This document shows positions 56,601-57,502 of a stretch of 57,502 nucleotides of DNA, one piece after another. A program made the translations under genes and the position numbers. Origin of the DNA: a virus (lineage: Duplodnaviria > Caudoviricetes). The DNA is taken from the IMG/VR virus record IMGVR_UViG_3300028410_000013, positions 1 through 57,502 of that record. One strand, given 5' to 3'. Position 1 is the stretch's first letter, and each line of letters begins with the position of its first letter. Under the pieces are notes generated by a model. That model was given only the letters and a program-made list of their open reading frames with translations, was not told the origin of the DNA and did no database searches.

Positions 56601-57225
56601 GGACGAGGCCAAAGCTATTGAGGATGCCGCGAGCAATTCGACGGCGGCACCCCCTGTACCTGAGGATAACGGTATCAAGGGGTCGGCTACAATTGCCGAT
56701 GAAGCTGATGACCCTGTTGCTTCTCAGGTGGTCAACACGGTCGGCTTGCCTGTAGTCGAATCTGACATTGAGCAGCAGGTCGAACTGTTTGAAAACCGCT
56801 TAGAAGAAAACCTTGCCGCTGGCATCAACGCCCTGCCCGCAGACCTAAAGCCCCCTCGTGACCCTAGTGTCGTACCGATTATTACGAATTTCTTGCGCTC
56901 AATTTACGCCGATGCTTTCCAAGTCGGTAAGAGCAGAGAGGCCGAGCTTCGCGGGGAGACTAGGCGCATTCCTAGAGTGCCCGATGCCGCCTCTATACCA
57001 ACAGAGACACCGCCCCGTAAAACCTTTGTGGATACACCTTTAAGTCGGTCGGAGATTGCAGAGGCATTGGAGGAAGGCCAGACCTACCAAGACCTGTTTC
57101 AAGAGGGCGGAGCAGTTAGGAACCTCCGGGAGTCTTTTGAGGACGTCGAGACGGCTTCTTCTAACCTGTTGGATGCAGCAGATGCTCTGAGCCAGTTAGG
57201 TTCTGACGATGACGAGGAAGGATAA
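53668..57225 (+). CDS. Baseplate hub (gp27/VgrG-like) fused to lytic transglycosylase (SLT) domain
   Basis: Hub features (VFWG, EFFMDVTGELIFKPP, IPLRPELRLGYPV); SLT motif LAIIHTESAGN...VGLFQI. Confidence 0.8.
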   Translation: MFEGTYKANRRPVETTAPDCLVYIQGELSLPSGANPYRRINIQPLINSVSVNVGLDGGSASASIDLHIPRHYLDDIFVGGQLSITTMMEVQIYMKGQFTVGGAGQFYPVFWGITTSVSENYSAGEHTVSISCSDILYWWENQQININPSWLGARKDQTQQFNLEGNYFTKKNPYSIMYTLARRVYGDSMNVRNMGVPGTGFRSEAPESQRRRLMAYWSRRWGRIGQSLRMFGPTGQVLQGDLLQFAIDPRKFRRSKAGSAAKIDGRFYDAFQQGDIDFSQVSPFALVFSQLQSLELYNSEFETRLGIANQVKEAIGYEFFMDVTGELIFKPPFYNLDVRPNFPVSWIRDIDVISWGFAENPPDATFIEATGFQFGDQRVGLADEIQPKATYVDYRLVQKYGWKPGSFSSEYIGSRDFGGSKALFYHLVDILDKQNARVNNGTATIPLRPELRLGYPVYVEGKDAYYYLESLSHTFSYGSRCTTQATLMARRQKFYADFGSWNKENLEPKPGDTADPGLIPQNMYKRPIDPTSGTPVGDRNVILAYQPSKDLEADHGEVKTFDEQGDNDAAGALRRDLVDLRSQFGTSGPNKYVFKIDPNRDKPYRSNDTNERSSGPVTHIEDDRQKDIEDDRPITVNAVILPVSDERGYEVIGGYEYGRRVTLGTEGFVYDKDETDIRVDGLLTMQPQNQRGGTTTQNLNPDLSNRAATAQKANVQKDKTFLIDPNNYGRLLTEVRPPEITSHDLVGLARLEATELVSKLQKQRLEGATPSTPSRPDTPPSEQGISRTSTSAQSIRGRTFRYNSNVAAWRTTIRSVRSEFGYSEETYSDETLLAIIHTESAGNANARRTNKDGKLSQFVGLFQIGKDNASDEGRKNTDFAGNGALSIQHFLEYQDAYKDRHQGDPRKQAILWKAGPGALDAYNRQEAAGASTQALENWLANYPPSKEKKWGVDEYASRVKAAAQVWTDAITGDPSPSEDEAKAIEDAASNSTAAPPVPEDNGIKGSATIADEADDPVASQVVNTVGLPVVESDIEQQVELFENRLEENLAAGINALPADLKPPRDPSVVPIITNFLRSIYADAFQVGKSREAELRGETRRIPRVPDAASIPTETPPRKTFVDTPLSRSEIAEALEEGQTYQDLFQEGGAVRNLRESFEDVETASSNLLDAADALSQLGSDDDEEG

Positions 57226-57502
57226 TGGCTGATCGATATGGACCACCAGCACCTATTAGTGAGAGGCCCTTACGTGCGAAGATGCAGGGGCACAAGGGAC
57301 CGCTGCGCTTTGCCCTCCGGGTAGGTCAAATCACTCGCATCGACTATGAAAATTTCGTGTGTGACATTCAGTGGCGTCAAGGTGCAACACCACCGGCCCG
57401 TGAAGTTCAAATCAGCGGTTCGTATTGGTCAAAGCGAGGCTTTCTGGGCGCGATGCCTGAGGTAGGGTCTGTGGTGATATGTGGATTTTCCGCTGCTCAT
57501 GA
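57225..57502 (+). CDS. Partial baseplate spike (gpV/gp5 OB-fold-like), truncated by window end
   Basis: TAATG overlap; LRVGQITRIDYE...GAMPEVGSVVICGF. Confidence 0.65.
   Translation, partial: MADRYGPPAPISERPLRAKMQGHKGPLRFALRVGQITRIDYENFVCDIQWRQGATPPAREVQISGSYWSKRGFLGAMPEVGSVVICGFSAAH

Noticed and set aside
1-57502. Alternative genetic code (stop-codon reassignment)
   Set aside because: Long conserved genes are uninterrupted in the standard code and end in TAA, TGA or TAG; no suppressor tRNA is present; the broken genes need frameshifts, not readthrough

Overview
This is a 57.5-kb segment of a large (probably jumbo) myovirus-type phage genome, about 53% GC by eye and mostly on the + strand. 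The tail module is split. A neck/tail-completion-like gene and a 1526-aa decorated tail sheath sit at 2.9-9.8 kb. Tail chaperones, tape measure, baseplate proteins, a hub with a lytic-transglycosylase domain and the start of a spike gene sit at 45-57.5 kb. The ~35 kb between them holds host-like accessory genes: GroEL, Lon, GyrB/ParE, NfuA, an ECF sigma factor, a double cold-shock protein, dUTPase, DHH and Apyc1-like phosphodiesterases, a Pol-beta nucleotidyltransferase, HNH/NUDIX/HAD/MazG-like enzymes and 8 tRNAs. A Cys-rich myxobacterial-type lipoprotein and acidic virion proteins suggest a saline Myxococcota/Bradymonadia-like host (inference). The most notable signals are: (1) a short shared peptide tag (L[RK]xx[LV]I[RK]L..., plus a second A-x-x-[VI]-A motif) on unrelated late proteins, some toxin-like, with [KR]xA junctions, suggesting a modular virion-cargo addressing system; (2) a volactin-like actin homolog with an N-terminal HTH; (3) a ~290-nt structured, ORF-poor RNA candidate behind a phage-specific promoter motif (TAAT-N5-TRTA); (4) several multiply frameshifted genes among intact core genes. 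All family assignments come from motif recognition, not database searches.
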